Positions 51,443-64,000 of a stretch of 64,000 nt of DNA are shown piece after piece; the first letter of the stretch is position 1, and every line of letters begins with the position of its first letter. Position numbers and translations under genes: made by a program. The DNA is from Hyphochytrium catenoides (lineage: Eukaryota; Protista; Hyphochytriomycota): assembly GCA_900088475.1 (NCBI GenBank), contig FLMG01000350.1:207216-271215 (forward strand), in the 5' to 3' direction. Below the pieces are notes generated by a model. That model saw only the letters and a list, made by a program, of their open reading frames with translations. It was not told the origin of the DNA and made no database searches.

Positions 51443-54400
51443 GTTTAGTGCTGCCTGGACCACCTTCGTAGACGGTCAACAGCTATCCTCTTCGATTGTG
51501 CGAGTAGGTCAATGACTCGTGATGCCACCAGGGAGCAACTGGCGTGACGCCGCTTGAAAGAGGTGCCTTCGCTGGAGGATAGGGAGAAGGGAAATGAAGG
51601 TGCAGGTTCAGGCGCCAAAAGACCTCTTCAGCTTGGAAGAGCTTCTCTGCTACGTCGGTTGACAAGGTGCGAAGCGGACAGAGCAGAGTAAGCAAGCAGG
51701 ATGTAATGAGTTTGAGAGGCATCAGAAGCTCCTTGTGGGTATAGTATACGATCTCTAAACTCTAAGCTGCTCTGTCTCTCTCTGTCTCTCCTCCAGCTCC
51801 TCTGTGCTGTGTCACTTCTCTTGACTCTGTCTCATACAGTTGTTGAACATCAACAACCTGCAGTGCTCACACCGTACGTGGGTAGGCTTCTCTCTTACAG
51901 CCTATTAAGACAGCTTTCCAGGCCCGCCTGTCATCGAGGTGTGACAGGGACCCATGGTCACCAGATCTTTGCTGCGGTTACCACCTATTCAACTCTAGCG
52001 ACCATCTTGGGTCTAATACCTTTTGTCTGTACAGCATGGACAACCAGAATGCTAGACTATGGTCTTTCTGGCTTTCCCCATAGCCTGGCAGCGATAAATA
52101 CGAACATCTAAGGTGGCCACAAAGTCTACTGATACCTACCATAATATTCCCAGAGTCATCACCCCACCCTCGCCCGTCATGGCTGCTTGCAGGAGCAATC
52201 ATCATCTTCTTCTTCTTCACCTCGTGCTTCTTCTCCTCCTCCTTGGCCTTGTTGTTGCTCCTTCGGCAGGACCTTCTGCTGGCAAGAAGAAGAGCTGAAG
52301 ACGAATCCCCAGTCATGGTAGTAGTAGCTGTAGTAGCACCCCCAATAATGGTGATCGCTGATCTGATAGCCCGCCGAAGGAATATGAGTTCTATATATTT
52401 TGCAAGTAACTAACTTTCAACAACGAACAAAACTTATTTATTCGTTCTTATAATTTTTTTATTGATGGCTGTATGGGTGGTGAGGCCTCCAGTGAGGTTA
52501 CATTGACACCGCCCCCTTGCGGAGCCCTGCCCCTTGTTGCCTGCCACCACTATCCTGCTTAAAGCGAGGCAGTGGTGTTGGGGTTGGATCATCATCATGC
52601 CCTAAGCTAGGCTTTCTGTGGTGCGCCAGCAGCTGCTGCGTCCCGTATCTGATCTCTCTTCTCTTTCGTTCTTATAATAATAAGCGCGACAACAGATAGT
52701 TGTTGGTTGTTCTTCGGCTGTCATCACCACCCCACATTTTTTTATTGTTGAACTGGAAGAGGCTATTATTATAATAATGGTCTTCACAGGAGGGGAAACG
52801 GCAGCAGATGACCGCCGCCGTTTCAAAGACTTCTTCGTTCATCATCAAAAGACAACAACTGAGAAATTGATGATGGAGAAGAAGAAGAAGAAGAAGACGA
52901 GACTCCACGACATACTATGAGATCCTTACTACCGCAATCTGCTAGCTCCTTACCTCCTGCTTCTATTATTAGCATCATGAAAGACACAAAAAAAATGAAA
53001 CAAAGGCAACGCAACAGTGGCAGCGTCGCAAGAGAGAGAGCATTCTCTCCTCGAAGAAGAGCCTTGCTTCGAACGGGATACTTAGGGTCATGAGTGAGGA
53101 GCCCATGAATGAGGAGCCGATGAGTCCTACTTAACGACAAAGCCGGTAGTAGTAGTGAGGAGGGAGGCTCGAAGCTCATCAGGAAGGAGGGTCAGAAAAG
53201 AGATTGGAGAGGAAAAGGATTGCTGATGTCGCCGGGACGGCAGAAGAAGATAACCTGCTGGCGCACCACCAATCAAAGTAGCCTCTCAGGACTTGACCAA
53301 GTTCACCAACCCCTTCCTCCTAATAACTAAAGCCTCAAGACCCATACAGTGGTCATCAGAATTAATTAAGATAGTTGATGTTACGGAGCACGCATTGCAG
53401 AAGCGGCAGTGCTTGCTGGTGGTGCTGGTGTTAATAACATCAACTATACTACCAGGTGGACATTTCTCTTGGAGCGCCATCATCACCTCATTTGTTTTCT
53501 CGTCCTCACTCCAAGCTTTTCAAGAAGAGGAAATCCAAAAGCCAGCTGGGGACGCCAAGCTGTTCTTGGAGGGCGGGCGCTCATCTAGGCATCATGGTGT
53601 TCAGTTCTTCCCTTTATTTTCTCGAGGGTCGGATTTAGACGCTTGCTACGACAGCAACACAGGTGGTGCGGTAGTGATGATGATGATGGTTTGATGAGCT
53701 GATTTCAAGTTTTCTCTCTCTTTTCTATATGCATGGGAGCCTTTGATGAGTTGGCAGAAAAATTCACCTATCGCATAACAGTGGATCGTGTTGATAGGTC
53801 CAAGAAGGTCATCTACTCGTGAACAACATCAACAATAACCAAGTACTCTTCCACCAAAAACCCATTAATAAGGGGTTGTGCAGGCATTGGTCACAATACG
53901 TAACAGGATATTACAGCTCTTCCTCAACTATGAGATCAATTGAGAAATAAAGGCTTCTTGAGACACCCCACTGTGGGAGAGACTGGGTTGTTTGAGGGTA
54001 TAGCGACTGTTTCCTCGTGCTACTCGTGCACGGAAACCTTTTCAATAAAAAAGGTGTTTGGCGCTACTACTGATCGTATCTATGCACCTCGACCTTGGAG
54101 GGTTTCGCCGTGTACACCGTCGGGTCGTTAGGTGCTCTTTCTGTATATGATTGATAAAATAGGAAAGAGTATCCTGATGATGAAATGACTATGAAGGGTT
54201 TATCTGCTCCAAAGGAGAGTTGCAGGAGGAGGCACTGGTTGGAAAGTTGGAAAGTAGGATTGCCCTAGGATGGTCTATCATCGAAGCAATGCTCCTGAAC
54301 CGCAAGAAGTGCGACAGAATCCTTTCCTCCAGCACCGAAGTAAAGAAGTCTGTTCCTGTGACACAAGGATGAGGTACCGCCACCACTCTCACAGCTGTAC

Positions 54401-55620
54401 GAGTACTGAGGTCAAGACGAGGGAACTAGAGAACCCTCTTCTCACTGCCTCCTCCCTCCATCTTTACAGCCTCACCACCAGTACACCAGTACAGCCGTCT
54501 ACAGTGGGCTTACCCACCCGCCCAACCCCCCTTTGTTGCTCTTGTTCCTTCTTTTTCTACCTAGTCCATTCTCAATCTTAGATCTTAGGCCTTAGTTTGT
54601 GAAAATGGGGGGACGGGGCTTACAAAGAGGGAAACACACCTCGCCTCCAATAGAACTAGGAAATAGAACGACGCATAGATTATCTATGTGTCAGTAGTGT
54701 GGAGGAAAGAACAGAGAATGTGAAGCTTCCGCCGTGAAATATACAACAGTTATAAAAGTTTGGGAAGGGTCGGTGGGCTGTCTTCCCATGTGTCGCTGTG
54801 TGGACCTCCACAAAGGAAAAAGAGGAGCCATAGGATATCTATTTTCTTCACTGATTACCTTGGACGCTCTCTGTCTCGCCAAAGTTCTCGGCGAGGTTGA
54901 CGGCTGGATGGTGAGACCGCAGAAGAAGGTGGCACGAGACCAAACCAAAATGTAAAATTCTAGCTTGCTCTGTCTTCGTCTCCCTTTAGTTGTGCCTGTT
55001 TGACTTTGACCCTGTTCCATCCCCATAGATTAACATAAGTGTTCATACTTAACTCTCCTCAAACGGTTCTGTCCTCTCTCTGCTGTACTTTCCTCCCTCC
55101 TCTGTCTTCCCTCCTCCCAGATCTAGATGTATGTATCCTCCTCACCTCAGTTCTATTTCCTTCCTCTTTCCCTTCCCTCTCATCAAGGTTGACTGTAACG
55201 TGACTGCGAAGGGACAGGGTCCAAGGACCCAGATCAGGTAAGGAAGAAGCTACTTCCTAGGAGTGAGGAGGGCGACCTTCCAACCAGGAGAAAAATGTCA
55301 GCTGTGAGCCTTGACGTAGAATCCAAGGGTTACGGCTGTCATCACGTGCTGTTCCCATCCGTCTCCTCCTTTCTTGGCTAGCTGGAGGAGATGCCACCTC
55401 TGCCCCCTAGTAAGTAACACTTATAAGGCTCAGCAACAAGACGAAGAAGAAGACAAGAAGGCACTGGTTTTTATAAAATGAAAGGAGAAGATGAGCGAAC
55501 ACTGAGAAGGTAAAGAGGCGCCAGCAGCACACGACGTTCCTTATTCTCTATTCAGCTCCGCGCTGCAGAGGAGATTTCGCTAACCCACCAAGGAGAGGAT
55601 TCAAGGGGAACTCTCAATCT

Positions 55621-55673
55621 GAAGACTCCTAAGGGTGATAATCTATCATAAGACTCCTAATAAGGGTGATAAG
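55621..55673 (+). repeat. Imperfect direct tandem duplication just upstream of GPCR paralog B
   Basis: aagactcctaagggtgataa followed by aagactcctaataagggtgataa. Confidence 0.75.
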
Positions 55674-55690
55674 AACCCTGAGACCGTACA

Positions 55691-58140
55691 ATGGTGAAAT
55701 ATACGCCGGAACAGTTGGGTAACGCGCTAAAGGCGCTTCAGGATATCAAACAGTGTGACAAGGACTATGGCGACATCGCGGGGTACCTGACGTGGATATC
55801 GGCAGGCTGGTAGGCGCCTCTGATGACCAACAATTACTCTTGAACAGAAGCTGATGAATCTCACATCGTCCTTTGGGAACTACTAGTGCGCTGACATTTA
55901 CTCTGACTCGGCTCACGAACCCAACCCTGCGGCAGTTTCCCGATAATCTTATCACAATTTATGGGTAAAGAGGCGCCGCTGAGTTGCTCATCATCAGTGT
56001 TTTCTATATTCTGCATACTGTCCAGCGCTCTTCACCCTAGTAACACTCCTTCAATCCCTCGCGCTTTTTTTAATTGAGTCTGATTTGTCTGCTGGGTTGG
56101 CCGGTCGGCTAATCTCTGGTGACTTTATGTAGACTGCAATCGTTCCTCTGGAACGCTAATCTTGGTCTGACCTTCTTGACTGAAAAGCGGATCATGACTC
56201 CAGACTTCAAGGGCCTTTGCGTCCTGCAGGGCATGCTTTTTCAGTTAGTCGGCATGAGCTGCATCATCTCATGGTTCATAATTTTACTCATTATGTACCA
56301 GGTAATGTCTATGATACTTCTTGTAGGCAAGGCTTCCATCTTCGCTGACTACCATCCGCGCCGCGTGGCTGTTACGTCACAGATTATAGTGCGCCAGCAG
56401 AGCATGTCCACGTTGCGAGAAACTGCCAACTATTATTACTTTGCCAACTGGTCCATCCCCGTCGTTACCACCGTCGGTCTATGGGCAACCGATAACTTTG
56501 GTCCATTGCCAGCGGCAATGGTTTGCTTCGTTCCGACGGAGAAAATTTTGCTGCGGTAGAAACTCCGTTGAACTCTTCGTGTCCCTCGTAGCTAGAACTT
56601 ATCATTCATACTTTTTTTGCAGGTTCTGTGTGCTTTACTGCTTTTATCCCATCTGCTTCTTCGGAGCCATCTACTTTGTGGTGCGCATGATCATGATCTT
56701 GCAGGGGGCGGGATGGAGCCGTGCTGCGGACGAGCACTGTAGGCTGGTATCCAAGACCTATATCACTCAAGTTCTAGGCTTCACGGTCTACCATTGGTGG
56801 TTTATGATTGTTGCCTGGGTATACGGCTTCAACAGCATGATCTTTGAGTACTGGCCCGAGCATCTTGACTATGTGGCTAAGACCTCCTACAATTACTGTT
56901 CTGCCACGGCTATCAGCCTCGCTCTTATCGGGGTAGGTCGCCCTCTTTTGATAATAGTTCGGTCACTTCTCTTCCGCCTAAAAAGTGACTGTTGGTTCAG
57001 CGGGTACAGCGGGATAATGCTCTGTCAAAGACTTCTTCCGTCTCCTCTTAGTGACGGTGGATCTCTAAGATCTCTTTATCTCACCCCTTAATTTTCCTCA
57101 CGTCAGACCATTATCACGATAGTATTTGGATTCAACGTCGCATCATGCAGATCTGCTACCAGAAAGGCAAAAAAGGCTTTCACCTCTACTGTCTCCAAGC
57201 GGTCAACTGGGGTAAGTGTCACTTTAGGTCTAGAGTCCGTGAGGACCCTCATCTTGGACTTCCTGATCTCTGATTTTGGTTCTCGCTCACCTCGCCGCTC
57301 TCCCTTCTTGTTGTCATCGTTTTCAATAATATCATCAGCCCTCAAGGCCCGATGGGGACAGAGATATGGAAAGTGGCGAGCTGGTCACAAAGTATCCAAT
57401 CACTGCCATTCCGGACGAGGACGGTGAAGACGATGATCGATCAACGGAAGGAGAGCTGAGCACTCCGTCGTCAATGATCCCTAAGAGCCAGAGCCAGTTT
57501 GGGGATGACGAAGTTCACGGTGAAGACTCTTACGTGGGTTTCATCTCCCCAGCCCCCGACTCCTCGGGAGGAGCCGCCGTTCAGACACCACCTTCACACA
57601 GGGGTAGTCTAGCTTCGCTGAAGTCAACAGAAGGTCAGACCCATTTGTTTAGCGTTGGTCTTTTTGTGTTTATCAGCGAGCTGATGATCTTCATTCGGAA
57701 CCCTATTAACTGGCCTATTATTGCTCTACTTTCTCTACTCGACCCATAGGAACTAGGGATAAAGATAAGTCTCGCCGGCGAAACGCATCCGCGGCTGATA
57801 GAAGGGTAACTTTTTGTTCTTCATCATCATCGTCATCATGGTGTCTTTAGCTATTTGGTTGATCTTGTTTGTCTATCCAGGTCATCATTAGCTATGCCCG
57901 GGAATCACTAGGAAGAGAAAAGCTTTTCGTTACCCCGAAGCGTCTGGATGAGCTTGTTGACAGCTGTTTGGGTCACAGATCGTCTGTCCTCAAGCTGACC
58001 CCTGTTGAAACTGTCGCGTATAGAGTAAGTTTTTATTACGGTGTGTCATTTTTTATGTTGTTAGTCCTCTGCCATTCTAATGTCGTTGGTGCTTATAGCT
58101 TATTCAAGACTCGATAGCCCGATATGAAGCTGGACAATAA
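55691..58140 (+). CDS. Seven-transmembrane GPCR-like protein (CAR-like), paralog B
   Basis: Exon-by-exon near-identical to 46726-49072 (MVKYTPEQLGNALKALQD...LIQDSIARYEAGQ*), with the same intron positions and diverged intron sequences. Confidence 0.75.
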
Positions 58141-59493
58141 GGACCGCAATGCCACTTACTTTTTCCGTCTCTGCCGAAGTTGGACGGACCACGAAGCCTT
58201 CTCTCTTCAGGGTCTCCGCAAGGTCTCCTTTCAACTCAATGTATATATGTGATAATATGATGGCAGCCCACCAACAAGCACTACTGCTCACGTCTCTAAT
58301 ATCAACAACTGGACTTGAGAAGACCGTTCAACTAAATTATGTACACCTGCAGCGGTCTTCCTTCTTGCCCATGATCAGTGCCTCAACTGTGATATCCCTG
58401 CTGCATGAAGTCTATTATAGTGGTGTTTCCAGAACAATCTCGTCGAGAACTGGCCGTCCTCCTTTCCTTCATCCGCCATCGTTCAGTCCCTGGAACTCAT
58501 CATAGCAACGTCTTGTCGGGGCGACCTGTTTCTGGTTTATTAACCTCTAAAGGACATCATCCACTAGCCCGGCTGACCAGCAGCATCAGTGGGGTGGCGT
58601 GTGCTGCCCCTCATCATGGCCATGCCGCTGGTTTTTCAGTGAATAGGACCATCCCTTCTTGTTGCTCCCCCTCCGCCACCATCATAACTATTGTGACCTT
58701 TGGCCCAAGAGACCGTAGAACTTGTAACACCGTAACCCGCTAAAGTCCTAAAACCTCTATGGAGTAATAATACGTGCAGGATTGGGTATTGGCGAACAGT
58801 CCAAACGGCTTCTAGAAACATAAGATAAGGGGGGATGTCTGGGATGCAACAGAAAAACTGCCCACTACTCTGTCTCTCTGCTTGACACGCCAACACTGAC
58901 ATGATCCTAGTCTTTTTCTCTTGCTCTCATTGTTCTTCTCAATAATCATACACGCTTTTATTAGTCTTCTTCCTATCATTAGCAACCAAGGCACACAGCA
59001 GGGTGGAAGGTATCTGTCTGGGAAGATTCCATAGGGCAAGAGGAGACAAGGATTGACCTTACCGAATGACAAAGTTCTCCTTGGTCTCTTTGAGAGAGTG
59101 CAAAGGCTTCCAGAATCAGATAGACGGCTGGCCGGCAAGATCAGAGCTCCGATTCGCTTCAATCCTTGCCATTGCATCCCCTAGCAATCAAAGTCACGGT
59201 GTCATTCCCGTTGTTTGGCCGTTGCTGCGTCTTTTGCCTGAAGTTGAGGATTTTGGCTGGCGCAGATCAGAAGGCTACAGCAGCGCTACCAGGTACTTCC
59301 TAATTCCAACGGGGAGAGGTAGAAGGCGTCCTCTGTGCTCAGACTATATAATAATTATTGGGCTGGCGGAGTTACTGTGAGAAGATCGGGACTGATCACG
59401 GGGGCAACGAAAAGCGGATCTGTGGACTACAATTGTAAGAGCTTACGGCTCCGTGTGGGTGAAGAATAGAGGAGATTGCTTCTGGCTGAGCCA

Positions 59494-60397
59494 ATGGCTC
59501 GAATTTCGGGCCGTAGCCTTCGCGCTGTCCTAAACAGAGCTACCTCCCTTTACCGGCAAAACGAGTGGAATGCTCGCTTCTTGGCTTGGCCCTCAAGTCA
59601 CACGGACAAAATTCTGTCAGCGTCTTCCAAACCTATCAAGAGCGCTCCAGTCCTTTCTGTGCGGTATCAATCTAACTTGACTCTTACAACCAAGATCCCG
59701 TCGTCGGATGGCGTGCTGGACGCTGCCGCCAGGGTTCTCTTACAACAGAAGGAGTTCATAGAGACAATTTCTGACGAGAATTATCGCTCTAAAGATCCAC
59801 TCATCGGAAGCAGTGTTGGAGGTCATGTGAGGCATGCCTTGGATCACTATTTAAAAGCCATTACCGTTCAGGTGCGTGTGCGTCCTATTGGGAAAGCTCT
59901 ACGCATGTCCTGATGGATCTAAGAACTGCACCGTCGTGCCATATAGGAAACTGATGAGCTTGTCTCAACGATTTCCTATGATCATCGGGAGCGGAATAAT
60001 GATATTGAAAACATGCGATCGTCTGCGATAAACGAGATCAACAAAATCCTGTTGATGCTGGAACGGACTGGTAAGACTCTGTAGTTGATGCGCGTCCTAT
60101 TAAAGGCGCCACTTGCTGACGAGCATTCTTTTACTCATAGACAAGTCCACCCTGGACAAGCCAGTCAAAGTGAGGTTCATGATGTCCGCAGAAGGCGAAG
60201 AGGGCGAGTTTTACTCAACTAAGGGCAGGGAAATACAGTTCGCCATGCATCATGCTATCCACCACAACTTTTTACTGCGAGTTATAGCCAAGACAAGCAA
60301 TTTTCAAGTTGAAGACGAGAAGATTAGACAGTTAGGCATTGCCCCTTCAACATCCAATTATGAGTTGAAGGGCCAGCAGTCAGCTGCTTCACAGTGA
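59494..60397 (+). CDS. DinB/YfiT-family four-helix-bundle metalloprotein with predicted mitochondrial presequence; 3 exons
   Basis: SSVGGHVRHALDHY, ISYDHRERN, STKGREIQFAMHHAIHH, LGIAPST. The N-terminus is R/S/L/A-rich and acid-poor. Confidence 0.8.
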
Positions 60398-61765
60398 TTC
60401 ACGGGCTCTTCTCTATTGCCGTCTGGGACTCCCTGAAGTCTGCCCTATCGTCTTCTCTAGCACTAACTAGCAGGATAAAGCGACGACAGTCTTTCCTCTT
60501 TCCGTTACACTAAAATTTCTGGACAAGCAGCAATCGGGAGGTTCGAATGACGGATACAACCACAATCCGGTCCATAATGCTTTGCTATTCCCAATCCATA
60601 ATGCGTCGTCTTTCCTAGGGTGCAGCCCTTAAATCACCCGAGAAATGTCCTGAAGCCAGCTGCGTATTAATAGGTAGCATTCAAAGTGGCCATCTCCTGC
60701 GGACCTGCGGAGGAGGACCCGAGGAGGCAAACTCTGAGTGAGCGGCTGCACTCAGTTTTTATCAACCAAAATAGGTGTGCATCTTACGGGCGTGTCCATC
60801 GGGCAGTCCCCTTCAATCAGCTGGCGGGAGCCCAAGTCAATTTCGTCTACCAGGTCTAGCTCCTTTATCCTGCATCACTAAGCTGCTGACAAATCGCTCT
60901 CTTACAGGGAAAGAAGGGCGATAACGTCTCGTGATCAGCAATGAAAGCTGCTAGTGGTACAAATTGTCGCTTGCGTTAGTAGAAGGGGTAAAACATAGCA
61001 TACTGGCGTAGCTTGTTGTCAGGGGTACCCTTTGAAGTCGACCACCCAGGCTTCCTTAGCGGACACTGCACTCAATGGATTGACCAAGAGCCAACGAGAT
61101 GGACCCTTCTCTTTAATGCAAGGCAAGCTCTTCTACTTCTGAGCTCTGCTGCCAGACCGCGGCGCTTCAGTCCTCCCCTATCAATAGCTCTTGACCTTCA
61201 TAATGCCCCAGATGTGTGACAGCTGGGACTGCCCACCTCCACGTTCACGACCGAACGGCCCGACGTGAATGGGTCTAAGAATCTAATGGGAAACCTATAC
61301 CTTACTTGAATCTTTCGCCTGGTAAAAGCTATAGTGAAAAGCTCCTAAAATGATGGTTTCGATGGCTGAAGGATTCCGCAACTTTCACAACAGGTACAGT
61401 AAGAGCTTCCACAAGCGAGTGATGGCTGACAAAAATGCGACGAGAAAGAGAAAGCCCTCGTCTCTTCAGCATCAGCCACTGTCTCTAGCGTGGTCGGCGC
61501 TCTCTCTCTTGCTCTCTCTCTGTCTCTTTCTGCTTTCCTTCTTGTGAGACTTTGGCTTTGGCAGGCCTGTGCTCGACCAAGGTTCACTTCACCAGTCAGT
61601 CTTCCTTTTGCCAGCTGTGGATCTTGGTTCTAAGTTCCATTCTTGGCCTTACAGTCTGCTCAGAACCTTTACTATCAAAGAAGACTAGTAGTGCAGTCAC
61701 ATTTGTCAGGGGTGTCCTTGGAACAATCTTTTCCTTTCACCGTTCCACGCAACCTGAAGTGAACG

Positions 61766-62909
61766 ATGGAGCTACTGACTGCGATCAGCGCGACGGTTGT
61801 CGTACTCTCCATTCCTGTCCTATGCGCCTTGCTTATTGTCCCGTTATTTGTGCTAGAGATTCTTCAGTGGAGGATTTTTGCATCTTCTCCCAAGAACAAG
61901 GCAATCTTCATTACCGGCTGTGACACTGGATTCGGAAGGCTCCTTGCTGAGCGACTCTATCACAAAGGTGCCAAGGTCTATGCCGCATGCCTCACACCTA
62001 CTGGCTGTCAGACTCTAGAGAAGCTTTGCCCAGATAAAAGCAGAATGAGAACGGTGCAACTCGATATCACCGACCAAAAGAGCGTGGATAACGCCAGGGA
62101 CTTTATGTTCAAGGAGCTTGAAAATGACGAAAATGGTCTATGGGGCCTTGTAAACAACGCTGGTATCGCACGAGGCTTCTTCGTGGAGTTTACGCCGATT
62201 GAGAACTTTCAGCAAGTGATGGATGTAAACTTTATTGGGCAAGTCCGAATAACCAAGGCACTGCTACCCCTTATCCGGAGGAGTAAGAAAGGAGGTAGAA
62301 TCATCAACATTGCAAGCGTCGCCGGTAGGATGGCAGCTCCTGGTATGAGTGCCTATGCGGCTTCAAAATTTGCCATGGAAGCATGGTCGGACTCCCTGCG
62401 GCGTGAAGTGATGCCATTAGGTGAGCCACCAGGGGCCTTCCATAGGGAAGCGATCATGGTTCTAATAATCAAACGCTTTGATCCAGGCATCAAGGTGTGC
62501 ATCTTTGAGCCGTGGTTCTGCGCGACCGAGATTGTGAAGAGCCCGGAGCTCAACATCATTCCGTTCTTCCAGCAGGCCCCTGCCGAGATTCAGTACGTAG
62601 AAGTGTACTAGTGCTCGTCTCTACTTATTCCTGATCTCATAGTATGAAAATATCTGTAGGCAAGCGTATGGCGGTGAAGCGTGGGCGGAAAAGGCTGTTA
62701 AGGCCACAGCTCTTCTTCCCAAGTTTACGGAGAGTCCAAACGGTGTTGTTAACGGCATCAGCGCGGCGCTGTTTTCTCCGTGGCCGCGCGTCCGGTATTC
62801 CTGCACCTACTTCGGAGAACTCTTCGCTATTCCTATGTCCTGGTTCTCAGGCGAATTGCAGGACCTGCCATATTTTTTTGGTCGCTTCTTAGCACCATCA
62901 CCTAAGTGA
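61766..62909 (+). CDS. Short-chain dehydrogenase/reductase, SDR9C (17-beta-HSD6/retinol dehydrogenase-like), with N-terminal membrane anchor; 3 exons
   Basis: IFITGCDTGFG, LWGLVNNAG, GRIINIAS, YAASK. Spliced C-terminus QAYGGEAWAEK...PWPRVRY...APSPK*. Confidence 0.93.
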
Positions 62910-64000
62910 TTGCCCCACATCATTCTAGGCAGAGCGAGCATTGGTTCTCCCATACAGTGGAAGTGAAAGTTTGACAGACAGTGCTAATATCCTTCCCGTA
63001 TGTCTCAGTGAGCAAGTAACATTGGGCATTGTGATGCCCAGATCTTAGTAGGCATCTTCCTTATGTATAGCTAAATGAAGATGCTACTGCATCAGCTTGA
63101 AGAGACAAGTGCCTGGCTGTTGCTGTTATCTCGATGATAGGGGTGAGACCTTCATCAGTATCTATTGATCAAGTGGCTAGATTGAGACGCCTATTTAAGG
63201 AGAGAGAAGTAAATGTATAGCTGTGTATAGCCAATGAAGTCATTCAGAGCTTTTGGGAGGCTGCTGCTGGGAGGGTTATACCCTCCCGATAAAGAAGGCC
63301 AACAAGACATTCAGAGCCGACTGGGACCAGCTAATGCTCCCTCTGTTACTTCCTACAAAGACTCGCCAGTCTGACCGTCATCATTAAAAGCAACGGAGGA
63401 CTGTCGAAGCTTCACCACGCTGTAACACCAGGATGGCAGCATGATCTGATGATCTGGGTCAGTGCCCTGGGTCCTCACCACATCGCTAGGAATTGTACCA
63501 GCCAACGTGCTAGTCCCAAGACCTTTGCCACTCTACGTTTATTACTGTAGCCTTTCAACCGCTGCGGCAGCATCCAACACCGGACCCATCCAACACTGGA
63601 CCCTCAAGATACTGAAGTGGCGGCCGCTCAAGGTCCTAAATTTTGGGCGTTACTGAGGGTGGGGATCCTAGGGTCAACTCTATTTCGTAAAGTTACGCTC
63701 TCGGAGCCAGTACACTACATGCTAAAGGGCAGTTGATTTCGGTAAATATACATTTTGGAATTCGACAGAAGTCCGACCTATGATTGGGCTGGAGCAACCC
63801 CTTTCCCGCGAAGGTTTTCTGCCTACTTTTTACTGGCGTTGGGGCTTCTCTTTATGAATCGCCTTTCTCTGGAAGGAGAGAAAGACGAGGAGCACAGAGG
63901 CATGGAGCGGTACATCGAGATAGATGAGGAGGTGCATGAGATACGGGAGAGAGTCATTTAGAGGTGTTAGATGCAGAGACAGAGTGGACAGATGGCAAGC

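Noticed and set aside
63210-63255. tagccaatga resembling U4 snRNA
   Set aside because: Only about 10 nt match, with no other U4 elements or Sm site.
112-63961. The many 60-170 aa ORFs antisense to or overlapping called genes, many with GTG/TTG starts
   Set aside because: Shadow frames or exon fragments from prokaryote-style ORF calling on spliced DNA; no motifs.
1-64000. CRISPR arrays, rRNA, operons, prophage or giant-virus insertion, U12 introns, alternative genetic code
   Set aside because: I saw no repeat-spacer arrays, rRNA or viral hallmark genes. No RTATCCTT donors occur at the inferred junctions. Apparent in-frame stops are explained by introns.

Overview
This is eukaryotic nuclear DNA from a gene-dense, probably flagellated protist. 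GC is roughly 50% by eye, spliceosomal introns are short (mostly about 55-150 nt, GT-AG with at least one GC-AG), the genetic code is standard, and there are three N-gaps. A stramenopile-like host is plausible but cannot be proven here. The ORF track fragments most genes, so I rebuilt them by eye across splice sites. About 19 protein genes are present: DNAAF1/ODA7, a low-complexity orphan, a GH16 glucanase, a 12-exon HAD-like/FHIT fusion that the ORF track does not show, WHEP-GST-GluRS, an Sgf73/ataxin-7-like gene, a degenerate GT31, a TIGR01589 protein, a Cdc24-OB protein, sterol C4-methyl oxidase, an HSL esterase ending in SKL, a single-ORF bacterial-type alkane monooxygenase AlkB, glycerol kinase, a membrane alpha/beta-hydrolase pseudoenzyme, two paralogous CAR-like GPCRs flanking a BCAT, a DinB-family protein and an SDR. 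Decayed Ty3/Gypsy and DIRS-like retroelement relics also appear. The most notable items are the eukaryotic AlkB inside a run of lipid-metabolism genes (27-38 kb), the HAD-FHIT fusion, two apparent pseudoenzymes, and the duplicated GPCRs with a conserved unknown C-terminal module. All family calls come from motif recognition, not database searches.
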